This document shows positions 37,920 to 50,076 of a stretch of DNA of 64,000 nucleotides, one piece after another. Every line of letters begins with the position of its first letter. The stretch's first letter is position 1. The notes under the pieces are model-generated. The model was not told where the DNA came from and did not search any database. It saw only the letters and a program-made list of their open reading frames with translations. The position numbers and the translations under genes were made by a program. The stretch is from Camelus ferus (Eukaryota), in NCBI RefSeq assembly GCF_009834535.1, contig NC_045727.1, positions 17,732,001 to 17,796,000 on the forward strand, in the 5' to 3' direction.

Positions 37920-38300
37920 TAGATTAGTTCTCTAGGGCTGCTGTAACGAAGTACCACCAACTGAGTGGCTTCAACCACAGAAACACATCATCTCCCACAT
38001 CTTCTGGAGGCTGGACGGCCAAGATCAAGGTGTCTGCAGGGAAGGGTCCTCCCCACTCCTCTCTCCTTGGCTTGCACGTGGCTGCTTCCCTGCTGGGTCT
38101 CTTTATGGTGTCTTCTCTCTACATGTGTCTATGTTCAAATTCCCCCTTTTTCATAAGGACACTATTGGATTAGGACTCACCCTAATGACCTAATTTTAAC
38201 TTGCTCACCTCTGGAAAAACTTTGTCCCCAAAGCAGGTCATGTGCTGAGGCACTGGGGGTCAGGAGTTCAACACGTGAGCTTGGAGTACACAACCCATAA
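37920..38300. mobile_element. MLT1-type MaLR solo LTR
   Basis: agggctgctgtaacgaagtaccac..., ttctggaggctgg...caagatcaaggtgtctgcaggg, taaggacactattggattagg...caccctaatgacc. Confidence 0.85.
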
Positions 38301-38948
38301 CGTGGGTGAAGCTTGATTTGGGGGGGTTGTTTTGTTTTGTTTTGTTTTTTTGGATGTTTATAAGGAAAACCGGATCGGCTCCAGACAAAGAAACTACATT
38401 TTCTTCGCACACCCAAATTGCAGCAAGCATTCACTGTGCAACCCCAATACATAATTTAGGCAGATTTGTGCAGCCTCCTGAAACAATGGCCTGGATTAGG
38501 CACGGCCCCCAGAGATAACAAAACAAGTGCAGGCTTGTAACTCCAGTAAAAGGAAAAAAAAAAAAAAAAAGGAATCAAACATTATAACAGCAAAAGCCGG
38601 CAACTTTGTAATATTTTCCAGATGCTGCGATAAGCTCTTGACATGGTTGTTTTATTGACTCCTCATGCCACCCTGCAAGGCATCTCTACTACACTCTCAA
38701 TCTTATGGAGGGGGAAACCGAGGCTCAGAGAGGAAATCATTTACCCAATCATGTTGGCCGGATTTCAGTGCCTGTGCATGTGATCACCACCCCGCACACC
38801 CTCCCCTCTTTCCTGAGCTGGCTGACCTCTTCTTAAAACCTCCAAAGAGCACTTCCTTTTTTGGGGAAGGGGAGGGGGTGAAGCAGGGACCCAGAGGCCA
38901 GGCTGGTGTGCAGAAAGCTCAGATTTGTCAGATCTGTAGGTTCAGGGG

Positions 38949-39054
38949 TTTTTTCCTTTTCTTTTCTTTTTAATTTAGTGGAGGTGCTGGGGATTGAACC
39001 CAGGACCTCGTGCACGCTAAGCACATGCTCTACCACTGAGCTATACCCTCCCCC
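38949..39054 (-). mobile_element. Camelid tRNA-Ala-derived SINE
   Basis: Head ctataccctccccc at the right end, T-rich tail at the left; degenerate TSD agatctg(t/c)aggtt at 38930 and 39056. Confidence 0.9.
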
Positions 39055-42000
39055 AAGATCTGCAGGTTTCCTAGGGCTTGGGGGTCAGGCTTCAGAAGCT
39101 CAGCTCTACCCAGCTTCTCCCAAGAGAACCCATCAGGGAGTCCCAAGAACAGTAACGGCAACTCTTTTAAAAAGGAAACAGCCTAAATGTCCATCAAATA
39201 AACTGTGGTACTTCTACTGGGTCTGCAAGGCAATCAGTTGAGCAATTAATGCTCTACAGAGGAACTCTGGTTGACATGGATCGATGCGTCTGAACCAAAA
39301 TGTGAGAAAGAGACTGAGCTATTGAAAGGAATAGACAATCACATGGAAGAGCTGGGCTTGAGGACACCTGGGCTCTTGCCCTGGCCGCCCCCCCCCCAAC
39401 GGATTGTGGGGCTCATTTCCCATCAGGGATCCAGGGATCCTGACTATAAGGGTCTTGTCAGCTCTGACATGGGAAGACTGAGCAAGCTATTTCCGTAGAA
39501 CTGTCTGTATCCTTGAAGATGCTGTGGCCAGGGGACCAGGATGAAGTTTGCAAGCAGGTGACGTGCCTGGGAAATCCAGGAACCAGAAAGGGGTGATGTT
39601 TCCGATTCCAGCAAGCTGCAAAACCATTGCCGCTCTGGTGAGCCTGATACGGGAGCAGGGAACCCTCACTCCAGTCCCAATTTCTTGTTCCCTCAACCTC
39701 TCTTGGTTCTTGCAATTCTGCCTTTAGCATGCCGTTCGTTTGGGCTAAGCCATGCCATCCTTCCCTGCTGTTCTTTCAAAGGAAGGAAGGAATATTGGAT
39801 CGGATCCTGGCTGGCATCCTGGCTCCCAGAATTAATCTCAGTTCAGCAGAGCAGCTCCCAGCCAAGACGTGAGTCTTCTCTAACTCCTGAGAAGTTCAAG
39901 GCTTTGTAAAAGAAAGCCTTTCTCTCCCTACTATACTGATGTCTCTGTAACAGCGTGTGCCTATTTCTTCATTCATTCAACAAAATATTGTGAGCACCTT
40001 TTGTGCTCTGGGTTCCGGGGATACAGAGATGGGCAAGGCGGACAGTCTCTGCCCTGATGGAGCTCACCGTCCAGCAGGGGGACAGACTTAAGGCAGCTAA
40101 ACCCAGGAATGTATAGAATTATTCCAGACGGCAATAAGTACTAGAATGGGTGTCTGTGTGGTTCTGGGAAACTGGACCTCTTTGAGTTTCAACTTCTTCA
40201 TCTCTGAAGTTAAGGAGCTCTCACCCTTCAAGCTTCTAATGAGGAAAAAAAATGGGATGATGGATGTGAAATTGCCCGAAATGCCATCACGAGTCAGTCC
40301 TTCCCAGTAAAGTACAGGAACCCGGGCATCATAAGCTGCCTGCCGTGAACCCGGGGCTCACAGCCACCAGCCACCAGCCACCAGCCAAGGCTGAGAGCAG
40401 CCCTTCCCACCTCCCCGTGTGTGCCCCTGCTCTGCAGCACCAACACCTGGGAATCGACTCATTCAATTCGATTATCCAGATGTTTGCTCTGTAGGTGTCA
40501 AATGCCTGTATAATGGAAGCCGGGGAAAAGATCATCCTGGGTCTGCCCCTCCCAGAGCTGGGCATCTGGAGTCCAGAGACACTTGGGCATCAGGGAATAA
40601 TTATCTGGCTGCACTCACGGTAGCGTCACCCAGTGCCCAGCACAGACCTGGAGTCCAGTGGATTGCTCCATCCACGATTCCTAAGTGGAAGGATAAACAC
40701 AGGAAGTTTGCGGTCATGGCTGTACCAGCCAAATCCTTTACAGAGTCCTGGTCCGGAAAAGAACTACAGAACAATAGGAGTAGGGGGAGGAGGAGGAGAG
40801 GGAGGGAGGCATCTGGTTCCTTTGTCTTTCAGGCTGCAATTAATCAGGCAAAGGCCAAAGAAAAAAGCCAAGGGAGGGAGAAACACTGAACGGAAGCCTC
40901 CTTCATTTGTGACTGCTCCTGATAGAACAAGGGAAAGAACCGGGGCTTCTCCACTTCTGAGCCAGGTGACCTGGGGCCTCAGTTTCCATGTCTGTGAAAT
41001 GGGGGATTTCCCAAGTTCCATCAATATGGGGGAAAAAATGTGAAATGTGAAATAAAGCCTTTGGAAATGGTGTATGGTAAGAATGACTGTTGTGCAACTG
41101 GGTGACAATGACGGTGACAGTGATGATTAAAAATAATGTCAGCATATGGCTCTTTCTTCACCCGTTTAACAAAATAGTGGGATCACCTTTTCTGTGCTAA
41201 GCACTGCTCTGGGTGCTAGGGGTACAGAGGTGGGCAAGATAGACACCGTCCCTGATCTGATGGAGCTCACCACCCAGCAGGGGGACAGACTTAAGGCAGC
41301 CAAACAAAGAAACAAATAAAACTGGCAGAAAAGGACCCTAATGAAAATGAAACAAGGGATCGAATAGACAGCAAATGGGGACGGGGGCTACTTTAGTTGG
41401 TGGGAGGGGTCAGGAAGGGAGTCTCTGAGGAGGTGACGTCAGATCTGAGACCCGGAGGAGGGGGCGTGGTCCCGGAACAGCGGATCAGCAAACGCAGAGG
41501 TGGGAACGGTCTTGTATGCATTCGCCTTGCTGCTGTGGTTGATCCCGTTTGCTTTCTTTTGAGGGCAGGTGGAAAGGAGTGCCTGGCTGGGGCGCAGCGT
41601 CAGATAAAGGTGGAGCAGGAGATGTCAGTCCTCTAGGGTTTTGTAAGCCATGGCAGAAGGTTTGGATTCTTGTGCTTACTCTGTGTTGGAAACTTACTCT
41701 GGCTGCTTCACAGAGAGGGGTTGTCAGAGGGCAAGGCTGGAAGTGGGGAGACCAGGGAGGAGGCAGAAACACATCTAGATGAAAGAGGGCGGTGCAGGTG
41801 AGCCCAGCACCTGCTAAATGCTTACATGCCCCATCTCATTTAATCCTCTTCGCAACTCCGTGAGCTGCAAATTCTTATTCCCCCCCATTTTACAGATGAG
41901 AAAACTGAGGCTTCAGAGGTATGAGGCAGCTTGAGATCATAGAGTTTTAAGCCTAGCTCCAACCCTAGCTGATATAAATGGCAGAGCTGGGATTCCAGTC

Positions 42001-44766
42001 CAGGCAGTCCGACTCCTGAGCCCATGGGATCCTGTGTCATAACCATCAAAAGGCTTTTGAGTTAAGGGACAGAGCTGGGAGGGTTCAGTCCTTCCTGAGA
42101 CGCTGTCTACAGATGGACCCTGCAGGGACCACCCCTCTCTGAGTTGCTCCCTTGAATCAGAGAGAAGCCCCCAGACCTGGGTCTGTTTAGGGTGTCAATA
42201 GAAATGGGAAGTCATTCCTGCAGACACCATGAATTATTTTATTTTTAAAAATGCTTTTAATTGGGCATAACTTACTACCATGAAGTGCATCCATATATGT
42301 ACAATAAGTGGGTTTTTATATATGAAGACAGCCGTGGACTCACCATCCAGGTCAAGATAGAGATCCTCTATCACCCATACCCAGGACAATTTTGAAGGGT
42401 AAAGTTTATGCCCCAAACACAGCCTGTCTCTGCGATATACCAGGTTTTCCCAAGATCTCCTGCCTCCCCCAGAAGGAAGACTCTACTAGAAACTCCCAGT
42501 GACTCCCAGATCCTGGGAAGGCCAGCACCAAAGTCCTTGTCAAAAAACTGAGAAGTGAAGAGGGCGGCTTGGTGAATGACCAGGACTCTAGAATAAGGGT
42601 GCTTTGAAGGTGACTCATATGAGCATTTCCACATATATCTCATCTCCCAGCAGTCAGTGAGGTAGGTGGTCCCACTTTTATTTGCAAAGAAGCCTCAGTT
42701 TCACCATCTGTTAAATGGGTGGATGGGAAGAGATGAACTTGAAGCAGAGTCTCTTCCAGACTCAATAATCCTAAGATTCTCAAGGTCAGGAGGAAGTGAC
42801 AAGCCCACCCAGATGCCGTTGCCTCCCTCCAAATGAAACAGGAATCTCTCAGATTCCTCCATCCCCCACCTCCTCAAAATCGGACACCGGAGAGATCATA
42901 TCCTTGCCATCCTCTCTCCTGGGAGGAGCCTCTTCAGAGGACGCTTCGTGTTTGCAAGTTGCTTTAGGGTCAAACAGACTGGGGCTTGAATCCTAGCTCT
43001 GTCACTTACCAGCTGTGTGACGCTGGGCAAGTCACTTCACCTCTCTGGGCCTCAGTTTCCTTGTCTGTGCGGGGAGATAGTAATGGCCCTTAACACAAAG
43101 ATGTCTGTAAGGATTCAAAGAGATAATGACAGGAAAGGGCTTGGAAGGTGCCAAAAGCTTGGACGTGCGCAAGGAATTGTACCTACTGTTACTGATCTGA
43201 TGACGGTTGTTGAAATTCTGAGCACCAGGTAAGTATTCTCTAGACCTGTGCGCTCTCTTCCTTCACCATCTGTCTCCTCACCCCCACTTGCCCACCATCA
43301 GCAGTAACTGGGTGATGTGCCTGAGGGTGTCTCCATCTCCCAGAGGCAGGGGAGACTTCTGGAAGATCCCACAGGTCAGAATTTGGTGACCTCCAAGTTC
43401 AAGTACTTGGAGTCTCGTCTGCATAAATTCCCCGCAGCCACCGCCCGCGATTGCTGCATTAATATGCCTCCGTTCCTCTTAGGTTAATATATGTATAATT
43501 TATAGGGCTTTATTATGTGCACAGAGGGTTCCCCTGAGAAATATAATTGTGCATTGGGAGGTAAATTTGAATAATATTTACAATTAATCTCCATCAATAA
43601 AGCAACGCGCCGAGGCCTCTGTGCAGCTGAAACGAGCCCTGGGTCGGTTTCCCACTAACTGCTCCCTGGAGAAAGCTTGGGTAGCTTTTCAGTATCTCTG
43701 GACGAGTCCACTTCTCTCAAGCCCTGTCTTGGCTCCCAAAGTCCAGACACCATCGCGCTCGCCTAGATGCTGCAGCAACCTCCCACCTCCCCTCGTGCCC
43801 CCGTCTAGTTTGTCCCCCCAAGAGCAGCCCTGGGCATTGGGCATCCTTCTAATATGCAAGTCTGAGCATCTCAAAGTAAAGACCCATCCCGCGGTCTGGC
43901 CCTGCCTTCTCTCCATCCTATCTGGTCGCTGCTCATTCTACTCGCTCTGCTGCAGCCCCCACCCCCATTCAGCCCCTCAAGGTCACTCTGTTCCCTCCCA
44001 CATCAATGCCATCACCCATGCTGTTTTCTGCACGAAGCACCATCTCCGTCACCTTCTCCCCATCCTTCGCGTCTCAAGTGTCTCTTCCCCTGGGGAAGTT
44101 CCTTGGCCTTTGGACAGCGTCAGATCCCTCTATATGTGTAGCACTTACTGTGTGTGTTTTCCATTTAAGGTATTTTTTTTTTTTAATTGGCTGTCACTAA
44201 TGAATGAGCTCAGGAGGACAGAGGCTGTGTATGTGCCAGTGCCAACCACAGGGCCTGGCAAAGAGGAGTATTAAATAGATGCTTGTGGAACGGACGAATG
44301 GGTGGTTTTATATAGAGATGGTTACAGAAGTGGCTGGGTGCACGAAAGGATGGCTGAGTGGATGCGTGCGCGAAAGGATGGCTGAGTGAACATGTAGATG
44401 GCGGTATCTGTCCTTGGGTGGCCAGATCACGGACTTAGGAGTAAGGAGTCCTGGGTTTCAGTCTCCTCTCTGCCACAGCTTACTTTGTTACCTTGGGTAA
44501 GTCACTACCTGTCTCATATCCTTGGTAACTAGGAAAATTAAATGAGTGGAGGAAATTTTTTTCAAGGAGCAGATTTCTTGGAGTCCAAAATTTGGGGTCT
44601 AGAAGGTTGGAAATCTCAGGGTTTCTCCTGCTGTCTCACAACATAGCTGTGTGACTTCAGACAGGATGCTTCACCTCTCTGATCCTTAGCTGGGATTCCA
44701 CGAGGTGGGTGGGGAAGGCAAGGGGCGGGACCCTCCAGCACTGATCCCCACGCTTGTTTCAGTCTC

Positions 44767-44772
44767 TTTATT
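44767..44772 (-). terminator. CMKLR1: Candidate CMKLR1 polyadenylation signal (AATAAA), implying a ~3.5 kb 3' UTR
   Basis: tttatt on + at 44767-44772; the distance is similar to the long 3' UTR recalled for human CMKLR1; MIR-dense sequence resumes beyond it. Confidence 0.6.
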
Positions 44773-45210
44773 CAAAAGAAACTTTGTCCTCAGAATGAGG
44801 AAGCAAACAAGACCCCTGCTGAATTATTTCAAGGTTTGACAAGCGGCTTCCTGGATTCCCCGGTGCTGGATACCAGCCCCAGGAGCAATTTTCCAAAGCC
44901 AGAGCATCATAGGCGGTCAGGGAGGGACCGGAGAGGGAGGCCAGAGGCAGGAGGTGGGGACTCACTGACCACATCCATCCAAGCCAACACCACCTCCTTT
45001 TGCAGGTTTCTCAAAGGTTAGCTCTCACAACCTCAATTCCCTCATCTGTAAAATGGTAAAGGCCTGGGGGAGATAAGTTTGAGAGGTCCTCGTGATTCTG
45101 GCTGTTGGATTCTCTCTTCTCCCACCCATCCTGGCTCCTACGCCCTCCAGAGCTGAGTCTGGAGTCAGGCTTAAGGTAAACCCCTCCTTCGGCCAGCGCC
45201 GGGGTCAGTC

Positions 45211-45330
45211 TCCCCTTCTAAGCCCCTCCCTCTTGCCCCCTCTCCGCCTTCTCCTCCTCCTCCTCTCTCCCTCTGCTCCCTCTGCCCCCCCCTGCCCCCC
45301 TCCCTCCTCTCTCTGTCTCTCCATCCTCCC
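45211..45330. repeat. ~120-nt polypyrimidine/polypurine tract in the CMKLR1 3' UTR
   Basis: Almost exclusively C/T on the + strand. Confidence 0.9.
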
Positions 45331-48309
45331 AAAGGCTGAAGAAGCTGGACACTCAGGCAGCAGACCCCATTCCACCGTTTACTACTGTGTGACCCCGAAC
45401 AGGTGAGGTCTGCAGTCCGAACCTCCCTTCCTGCATCTGCATCGTGGGTCCGATGGTCCTCTTCTCCCACGGCTGTTCTGAGGCTGGATGAGATTTTGTG
45501 GCTGACACTTGGTTGATGCTTATTACATGCCAGATCCTTTTCTTCATTGGCAGTCCGTTTCCTCTGTGCATCTCTCCTCCCTCCCTTTCCCCCGCCCTCA
45601 AACAGCATGGTCTCTTCCCGTCCCTTTGCCCACAGCCCTGCGGCCCCTCCGCCCACCCACCCGCCCCACCCACCCGACCCAGGAGGCAGCACTGAGGCCC
45701 CATCAGCCAGATCCAGGCCCTGGAGGGAGTGCTCCCGGGCACAAAGCGTGCTGGCCCCCTGTGGAGTAATTCACATGAACAGACTTTGTGATCTCCACGG
45801 GGCCTTCGTACGTCTGACCTGCGGAAGGTCTCAGAAGAAGCTGTAGGGACAAGATGAAGGGGATGTCCTGGGTGCATTTAAGCATTTGATGGGAAACTCC
45901 AGTCAGAGCAGGGCAGCCAGAAAGAGCGGGCCCTGGCTCTGAGGAAAGAAACAGCTGGTTTTCATTCTGCTTCTGTTCGTCAGCTTTTCCAACGACAAAA
46001 TCGCTTCCTGGCTCCCCCAGCCCGGCCTGGCGAGCACGCAGCCCAGGAAGAATGAGACAGCGAGCCCCAAGGAACAACATGGTCCTCCTCAAGCCGTGGA
46101 TGACCATCTCCAGGACCTGGAATGCATCCCACTCCAGCTTGGGTCTCGGATGCTTCACCCGTGGAGATGGGGTGGGGTTGGGGGTGGAGGACGGGGATGC
46201 TGGGCGGTGTGTCCGGCCCCCTTCTCACTCTCAAACTAAGCTCAGATGGCTTGGAGCCATTGGAGGCCCCAGCTGGGGGTCAACTCAGAGCTGTCTCGTC
46301 ACAAGCACAAGGACGGAACAGTTTGTCTCTTAATGAGGTGTGATTCCAAACAGTCCATGGCCTCAGGAAGTCGCTGGGCACTGTGTAGACATCTATTCAT
46401 GGCATCTTGTTGGAGAATTGGCTTCACAGTGAAGAAACTTGGAAGAGAGCAGAATGTGGACACTTAGAGACCGAAGGGCCCTCCTGCTGGCCGCCTCCCC
46501 TCCCCCGCTCTCCCCGGAGAGCTTGGGGGCACAAGAGGTGGGAGCCATGGTGGCCAAGTGTGAATGGGAGCCAAGGGACCTGGAAGCCAAGTTCATTTTC
46601 TTTGCCATGTTGGGTCTTTTTCGAAAACTGTTTGCAAAGCTGACTTTAAAGCCCTTAAGATGTTGATATTAATCTGCTGAGGGATATGGAGATATTTATA
46701 ATCAAAACCCCAAGCCTCTGCAGCCTTATTTCAGCCAGACAGACCTTGGTCCAAGTCCAGGCTCTAACGCAGACCGGCTGGGCGCCCTTGGGCAACTTAC
46801 TTAAACTCTCTGAGCCCTAGATGCCTCCTCCATAGAAGGGAAGTGATGATTGTTCCTAACTCAGGGCTGCTGCGAGAGATAAATGAGATACACATGTAAC
46901 GTGCTTAACATAGGAGTGCTAAATAAATGTAGGTTATCCGCATTGTCTACAATATTCTCAATAGATCCATCCTGCATAAAAGAAGGGTTTCTGGGGCCAG
47001 GCAGGGCTGGCTTCAGATGCTTAACTCTTAGCCTCTGGCTCGCTGTGTGACGTTGGGTGAGTGACTTCCCTCCGCTGAGCCTCTGCTTTGTCATTTGTAA
47101 ATGGGACAAGGGCACCCTGCAGCATGGGGAAGTGGGGGGGCGTCCCAGATGAAAAAAGACAATGTAGCTACACACAGGAGATGCTCTGGGCCCTCGGGCC
47201 CCCTCAGCCCTGCGTCTTCGGGAGCACAGTTCAAGGAGCGAGGCTCCAGCTTCTGCTCTGAGCACAGGGACAGAGCACCTGACACCCCTTTGGCCCTTGA
47301 GGTGCTCCCAGATTGATTTTGGACCAGCCTCCAGCAAGGCTTTGAGAAAGGTGAGGAGGAGGAGATGTGCAACCCCCAGTTCCCCCCATTCCCTGCCCCC
47401 TGCCCTGGAGTATTCTGAGCACCTCCAGCCTGAGCCAGGGGGTTAGAGAAGAGGGGGGTGATGGGGTAGGGGCTGCCTGCCTCAAACCAGCCCCAGGGTA
47501 GCAAATGCAAAGTGAGATCAGGGCTTGGGCCAAAGGGCTGACATCGCTTAACCCCACCCTGAAAACAGCTAAGATCCAAAGCACTGTCACCCTGAGAAGT
47601 TCAAAGGTGAGCTGCATCAACCCTCTTCTTTCTCCGGCCCTTCCCCCCCGGCCCCAAGTCCTCACTGCAGTCCTGTTTCTCTTGCTCTCACAAAGAGCCC
47701 TGTGGCCCCTGGGGATCTCTTCTCTGTCTTACCAGCTGATCCGAAAGCCAAAAAACATGGCCCCAGGAGATCAAGCGCTCACATGTCGCCTCCTCCTCCC
47801 AGGTAACCTCGAACCCAGAGGAGTGGCTTGAGTGGCAGGATTCCTGGCCAGCTGTTGATATAAGGATGTGGGACGAGGCGTGATCTCCATTGCACCAGGT
47901 TTGCTCTGACCTCCTCTGCTCCCATCGGGAATGGACCTTGGAAAGTGTCTATGTTATTTCAGGGGAGTGCTCCGTAGGTGGCTTAATCCCTCTGTCTCAT
48001 GTCCAACCCAGTTTGTGGCAGTGCTTTTGAGAATTCTCCCTTTTTCGTTTGTTTTGCATCGGTCCAGGCTAGCCTCCCAGAAGCATGGGAAGCTGGTCCA
48101 AGGCTGAGTACCATGGGTGCTCTGTCTACCATGACACTGAAAGAAAGGAGTTCCCGGCCCTGGATTCCCAGCTCAAAATACTGTTCAGCCCCATGCAAAA
48201 TGCAGTGGGCATCTGTGGGTACCCAAGAGGCTCCTACCATGGTCCGGAGAATGCATCGCTTTGAGCTTCCAAGGTTGGGAGTATCCATTCGGGGGTTTCC
48301 AGGCGAGGC

Positions 48310-49407
48310 TCAGAGCATGCTGGTCTCCCTCTCATTCATGGATGACATCTTGGTAAAGCTCCTGTGGCTGGGGTAGGAGGAGTGGCCCGTGTCCTCACTC
48401 AGAGCATTGATGAGACGGGAGAAGAGGGCCACCTTGAACTTCTTGAAGTCCTGACCCATGAAGACGTACAGGATGGGGTTCATGCAGCTGTTGGCAATGG
48501 CGACGGCAGTGGCCAAGGGCACACCGAGGCTGAAGACGGAGCCCGACATGGCGCGGTGGTGGAGCTCCAGGAGGTACAGTGTGTGGTAGGGGCACCAGCA
48601 GAGGAAGAAGGTGATGATGATGGTCACGATGATCTTGAAGGGCTTCTTGGTCTTGGCCAGGCGGTTGTGCCGCAGCTTGTAGACGATGGTGATGTAGCAG
48701 GCAGTGATGATGAGGACCGGGATCAGGAAGCCACAGAGGAAACGGGTGATGGTCACCACCATGTGCCGGCCGAACCCCACAGGGTCCACGTGGCGGTGAT
48801 CGGGCCACGAGGCAGAGCTGGCGGCGGACAGGCTGAAGTTATTAAAGCAGGATATTTTCCCGTGCAGGTGGGCCGTGTCCCGGAAGACGAGGGATGGGGA
48901 ACTCAGGAAGAAAGCCAGGACCCAGATCACCATGCAGGCCATGTAAGCCAGCCGGATGCTGCGGTGGTTCTGGGACCAGACGGGGAGAAGCACAGAGATG
49001 CAGCGGTCGAAGCTGATGATGGTCAGCAGGAAGACGCTGGTGTACATGTTGTGGATGAGCAGGAAGTTGCTGATCTTGCACATGGCCGTCCCGAACACCC
49101 AGTGGTAGTCCATGGCGGCGTAGGCGATGTGGATCGGGAGGAAGACGTTGAACAGGAAATCCGCCACAGCCAGGTTGAGGAACCAGACACTGTTCACCGT
49201 CTTCTTCATCTTGAAGGCGGCGATGACGATGACCAAACCATTGCCCAAGAGCCCAAGGAAACAGACGATGCTGTAGACCACCACCAGGAAGATCCTGACC
49301 ACCCTGCCTTCCAGGGGAGATAAATCCTCCAAAACCAGGATGGAGTCTAAATCCTCGGAGTACTCATACTCATCGGCGAAGGAGCCGTTGTAATCCTCAT
49401 TCTCCAT
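48310..49407 (-). CDS. CMKLR1: Chemerin-like receptor 1 (ChemR23), class A GPCR, 365 aa, intact
   Basis: MENEDYNGS...ERETSML*; seven hydrophobic segments with GN (TM1), LAVAD (TM2), DRC (TM3), CWCP (TM6), NPILY (TM7). ATG at 49407-49405 in strong context (agaATGg), 3 nt after a ttgcag acceptor (exon starts at 49410). Lies tail-to-tail with WSCD2, as in other mammals. Confidence 0.98.
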   Translation of the reverse strand: MENEDYNGSFADEYEYSEDLDSILVLEDLSPLEGRVVRIFLVVVYSIVCFLGLLGNGLVIVIAAFKMKKTVNSVWFLNLAVADFLFNVFLPIHIAYAAMDYHWVFGTAMCKISNFLLIHNMYTSVFLLTIISFDRCISVLLPVWSQNHRSIRLAYMACMVIWVLAFFLSSPSLVFRDTAHLHGKISCFNNFSLSAASSASWPDHRHVDPVGFGRHMVVTITRFLCGFLIPVLIITACYITIVYKLRHNRLAKTKKPFKIIVTIIITFFLCWCPYHTLYLLELHHRAMSGSVFSLGVPLATAVAIANSCMNPILYVFMGQDFKKFKVALFSRLINALSEDTGHSSYPSHRSFTKMSSMNERETSML

Positions 49408-50076
49408 TCTCTGCAAGGGGAGGCGGGGGTCAACGGGGGAACTTTGGTTAGAACTGACTTTCAGAGGCTGACCAATACCAGCAAGACTGACAGTGTCCCC
49501 CACCCTCACCCCACCCCCGGCTCTGAGCAAGGCCAGTTGGATGGTTTAACCGTTTCTCACTTTGCTATTTTATTTATTTAACAAACACTTCTCTGGAACC
49601 TCCTACATCCTGGGTCCTAATCTACAGCTGGATGCATATAAACTCTCTTCATCCTTACAACAACTCCATGAGATCAGAAGGTTACAAACCTCCTTTTACA
49701 GATGAGGAAACTGAGGCACAGAGCGCTTAAGTCACTTGCCCAAGGCCACACAGCAGGGAAGAGGCAGAGCCAGGAGTCAGGTCCCAACTTCTGAGTCTAT
49801 CCTCTTGATATTTTACTGCCTCACTGGGACCCTCCTCTTCCCCTTACAGTCTAGTGGGGGAGACAGACATTCATCAAAAACTCCTCAAATCATGGAAGAG
49901 TCGCAACGATGTTAAGTGCAATGAAGGAGAGGTGCGTGGTCCTGTGAACTTGGTTCCAGTCGTGTTTCTAAAGCCCAGCAGACAGCCGTGCTGACATCGT
50001 CCTGTGCTCCCACCCGGGCACGGTTCCCCAAAGGTACCCTTTGGAGAGCTGAATTCAGACCACAAGGGTGCCTCAC

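Noticed and set aside
43621-44274. 217-aa intergenic ORF
   Set aside because: Non-ATG start, no recognisable motif, runs into an L2 relic; expected by chance at this GC content.
44343-44388. 18-nt direct repeat cgaaaggatggctgagtg x2; similar 15-nt duplication at ~26746-26778
   Set aside because: Local slippage duplications, the first within a decayed L2 (GGAT/GAAT) tail; no sign of function.
48364-49323. 319-aa + strand ORF antisense to CMKLR1
   Set aside because: It is in exact codon register with the CMKLR1 CDS (offset 54 nt). It stays open only because this GC3-rich gene avoids TTA, CTA and TCA codons over that stretch. It starts at GTG and has no recognisable domain.
49408-49530. 41-aa N-terminal extension in the 406-aa ORF call
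   Set aside because: Lies upstream of the ttgcag acceptor at 49411, so it is intronic, and it begins at a non-ATG codon.
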